DNA from: Trichomonas gallinae
Taxonomy: Eukaryota
NCBI GenBank assembly: GCA_008369845.1
Contig: MRSU01004861.1
Coordinates: 1 to 35,094 of the forward strand
Direction of reading: 5' to 3'
Length of the DNA stretch: 35,094 nt
The position numbers were made by a program, and so were the translations under genes. The stretch's first letter is position 1. Each line of letters opens with the position of its first letter. Under the pieces are notes generated by a model. That model saw nothing but the letters and a program-made list of their open reading frames with translations. It searched no databases and was not told the DNA's origin. This document shows, piece after piece, positions 32,012 to 35,094 of the stretch.

Positions 32012-33262
32012 TTATCTGTGAGGAACAAAATAATCTGGAATTTCTGTTGGTGTCGACAACTCACTAGAATTTGTGTTCCTCTGGTTCGAATACGATGTGT
32101 TGTCCTGTCTAAGCAAGTCATCATGGCACCCAATGAAAAATTTCGGAGGATTTTTTTGCATCACGTCTGCTTCAGTTGAACAAAATGTGATACGCTTGTG
32201 TGAGCTCATCTTAGATGTGTGATCATAATTATAGACAGTTTTTGTCTCTGGCTCGAAGAAATGCCTATATGAATGTTCTAAATCTAAAACATTAGGCGGC
32301 GGAAGTGTTGGAATATGATCAGACCATAGGTTCGGGAAATCATCGGGATCTATTGCGCATTTTTTGAGTAATTCAACAGGAGGAGGCGGACATTTTGGCT
32401 CTAATTTACTAACATTAAGAATCGGTGGGCAAATCCATTCCATTAATACATTTTGCGGAAACAATGATGGCTTGCGCGTTGCAAAGTCTAATCCACGCTT
32501 AACAAAATAATTAAAAGATAATTCTGTGCAATGATCAAGAATTTCTACTGGATACTCTGGTACTAAGATCGAGTACCACCTGGTTCCACGGAGGTCGGGC
32601 AAAGTTATATGGCAAAGATGAAAACTCAATCTTAAAGCTGTCTGAGCAATAACTTTCGGCTGAAATTTGTAAAAAACGAACGACATCTGCAAATCATTGA
32701 GAAACGTTAGTGCCGTTTTATATGTTTCCTCCGAAATTCTGAAGTAATTAATATTATCTGGTGTTAAATGCCAGTGAATCACTGTGTTGATATAGTCTCT
32801 AATGTAATCATATGGAAGCTCTATGAAGAAGTCGAACTCTAAGTCTTGGATTACGTCTAATTCAGCGTTTTTTGCTAATTCGATCATTTTTTGTGAGTTC
32901 ATTTCGAGCAACTGTTGGTATATTCCGAGTCTTTGGAAGTATATGACGAGATTTTCCTTCATTTTGCAGTCTTCTAAAGCAAACACGAAACGATTTAATA
33001 ATTTTGCTTCTTCGCAGACTTTAGATGCTAGATGGAGAGTAGCAACTGCTCGTATTATAACGAAAATTGCCCTATTTGGACAACTGCGGTATGTTTTGAT
33101 GAAATATTGAAATGCATAAGCGCAGATTGTTGGATCTTTAAGCGACACGGCCTGAAATAAGTGTTTTTGAACAATAACTACGCATTCCATGACATCATCT
33201 GGAACTTGTTCGTTCGATGATATCATAATTAAATTTTTTAAATATGCAGGGGCCGCAACCAT
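32012..33262 (-). CDS. Cyclin, transcriptional type (K/L/T-like)
   Basis: ATLHLASKVCE, AELDVIQDLEFDFFIELPY, ALTFLND, PKVIAQTAL cyclin-box motifs. Confidence 0.82.
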   Translation of the reverse strand: MVAAPAYLKNLIMISSNEQVPDDVMECVVIVQKHLFQAVSLKDPTICAYAFQYFIKTYRSCPNRAIFVIIRAVATLHLASKVCEEAKLLNRFVFALEDCKMKENLVIYFQRLGIYQQLLEMNSQKMIELAKNAELDVIQDLEFDFFIELPYDYIRDYINTVIHWHLTPDNINYFRISEETYKTALTFLNDLQMSFVFYKFQPKVIAQTALRLSFHLCHITLPDLRGTRWYSILVPEYPVEILDHCTELSFNYFVKRGLDFATRKPSLFPQNVLMEWICPPILNVSKLEPKCPPPPVELLKKCAIDPDDFPNLWSDHIPTLPPPNVLDLEHSYRHFFEPETKTVYNYDHTSKMSSHKRITFCSTEADVMQKNPPKFFIGCHDDLLRQDNTSYSNQRNTNSSELSTPTEIPDYFVPHR

Positions 33263-33729
33263 TTCAATCTAAAATCTTCTGAATTTGATAACTAGTGTCA
33301 GGAAAATCGTTACATGTCAGAAATATCAAATTAATTCTAATCTATAGAAGCAAGATAATATCCATTGATCACTACACATATCTTCATTCAACACATCCAT
33401 AACATATTGAACATTTCGTTAAACACATTAAATTTGGTTAATTTAATCATGGAAATTGATAATTTTTATATATTATAAAGTATAAATGGATATAACATTA
33501 TATATGATTTTTATCATATTTACAGCACTCAATTTTATGGTTTTAAAATTTCGATAAAAATTATTTCTCATCAAATGAAAAATTACCATATATCTATTCG
33601 ATACTAGTGGGAATGAAAATGATTTTAACTACAAAATGCTTGGGAATTTAATATCCTTATTGAACAATTTACATGACAAAAAAATATTGTAAATGTCAGA
33701 AATTGTCATGTTTTTATAATAACGAACAA

Positions 33730-33924
33730 ATGAGCTATTCAACATACGCTCCAACATTCAAAGTCCCAGAAGGTTTTCCAGAGCTTCTTGCTGAGCTGAC
33801 AACAGAGATACTCCGCGAGCAACCAGTCGATGCTACAGGAACTTATAAGTTCTGTTACGAATTTTTCTTGAAGAAGCAACAGGAACAGAACGCTGAGAAA
33901 CAAGGAGAAGTTGAAAATCAATAA
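33730..33924 (+). CDS. Small RIIa dimerization/docking-domain protein (64 aa)
   Basis: VPEGFPELLAELTTEILREQP...FCYEFF; probable start is ATG 33730 rather than 33673. Confidence 0.85.
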   Translation: MSYSTYAPTFKVPEGFPELLAELTTEILREQPVDATGTYKFCYEFFLKKQQEQNAEKQGEVENQ

Positions 33925-34363
33925 TAGTTTCTATAGTCGCACAATTTGTTTTTTAAAAAATCATTTTCTATTTTCAATTTCTTATATTATTTTCATATAA
34001 ATACCTATGCTGTGACTTATAAGCATATAAACGACCAGTAAAATTGTTGCATGGAATATATTTTTGGTAGAACTAATATTTATAAATTCAAAAAAAATAT
34101 AAACATAACTATTTGGTAAACTATAATAGAATATGTTCCACTGGATGTATATCATTATTTCTCTAGAAAGTATAAAGTAAAATATATAGTTTTTACATTA
34201 GAAACTGATGAAAATAAAAAATATCTGACAAAAAGTAGTTTACATTTGACAGCTAAGTTGTTACTTTTCTTCTCAAATGTCTAACTTCAAAATTTATTGA
34301 AAATTTGGTTCCTTATTATATAATAATTCTATTTTCTTAATTTTCTAGAATTGAAAATAAAAG

Positions 34364-34384
34364 GGCGGTTATGGTCCTTCCTTT
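34364..34384 (+). promoter_or_regulatory. M3 plus M5 core promoter of the ribosomal-protein type
   Basis: GGCGGTT (34364-34370) and CCTTT (34380-34384) directly before ATG 34388. Confidence 0.8.
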
Positions 34385-34387
34385 TTC

Positions 34388-35094
34388 ATGTCTGCTGAAC
34401 AACCAGTTGAAACAGTCGAAGTTGAAGTCGAAGAGGCCACATCCTCCCACTTTACATCCCGCGCCACATTCTCCGGCCACAACCAGGCTATCGAGGCCAT
34501 CGAAGTCGATGCTGAGCACAATTACCTCGTCTCATCATCCCGCGATAAGACAGCCCTCGTCTGGAAGCTCACACGCACACAGGAACAGTGGGCTCAGCCA
34601 TACACACGCCTTGCTGGCCACAACCACTTCGTTTCCGATGTTTCCCTCTCCCGCGATGCTACACACCTTCTCACATCCTCCTGGGATAACACACTCCGCC
34701 TTTGGGACCTCACAACACGCCAAACAAAGAAACTCTTCCTTGGCCACAAGAAGGATGTCTTAGGCGTCACATTCTCACCATGCAACCGCCGCATCATCTC
34801 CGTCGCTCGTGATAACACAGTCAAGATCTGGAACATCCTTGCCGAAAACAAGGCTGAACTCCAGTGCTCTTCCTGGGTTACATGCGTTGCCTGCGCTCCA
34901 ATGGCTGACGAGAAGTCCCCACTCGTCTTCGCCGTCGGCTGCTGGGATGGCAAGGTCTACATCTGGTCCATCGACAAGGAGGCCAAGCTCATCAAGGAGT
35001 TCAAGGCTCACGACGGCCGCTGCGAGGCTATTGACTTCACACCAGACGGCAAGTGGGTCATCACAGGTGGCTCCGACCGCAAGGTTGTCATGTG
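34388..35094 (+). CDS. RACK1: RACK1 (ribosome-associated WD40 protein), runs off the window end
   Basis: Not in the ORF track; translates MSAEQPVETVEVEVEEATSSHF...SSSRDKTALVW...GHNHFVSDV...SSWDNTLRLWDL...GHKKDVLGVTFSPCNRRIIS; strong C-ending codon bias. Confidence 0.95.
   Translation, partial: MSAEQPVETVEVEVEEATSSHFTSRATFSGHNQAIEAIEVDAEHNYLVSSSRDKTALVWKLTRTQEQWAQPYTRLAGHNHFVSDVSLSRDATHLLTSSWDNTLRLWDLTTRQTKKLFLGHKKDVLGVTFSPCNRRIISVARDNTVKIWNILAENKAELQCSSWVTCVACAPMADEKSPLVFAVGCWDGKVYIWSIDKEAKLIKEFKAHDGRCEAIDFTPDGKWVITGGSDRKVVM

Noticed and set aside
34371..34763. 130-aa ORF and the antisense ORFs in this region
   Set aside because: Alternative frames of RACK1

Overview
AT-rich eukaryotic protist DNA, almost certainly a Trichomonas-type parabasalid. 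This rests on apparently intronless genes, Inr (TCAYT), AAAGTGAC and M3/M5 core-promoter motifs, stop codons inside the TAAA poly(A) signal, and a Pmp-like surface protein with the typical acidic tail. The window holds about 16 protein genes: Rab GTPase, inositol 5-phosphatase, a 1334-aa coiled-coil protein, an RfbH/ColD-like PMP enzyme, a 66-aa small ORF, a GT31 glycosyltransferase, a WD40-less Raptor-like protein, a frameshifted type II membrane protein, an STE20 kinase, a Pmp-like surface protein, threonine dehydratase, Vps26, a CFAP58-like protein, a cyclin, an RIIa-domain protein and a partial RACK1. There is also an ankyrin pseudogene. The least explained signals are non-coding: three compact base-paired intergenic elements (1651-1866, 12706-12958, 27661-27777) and two recurrent upstream motifs (TGWCAYGTAA, TTACGGGCG). 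All structures were paired by eye; no folding or database search was run.
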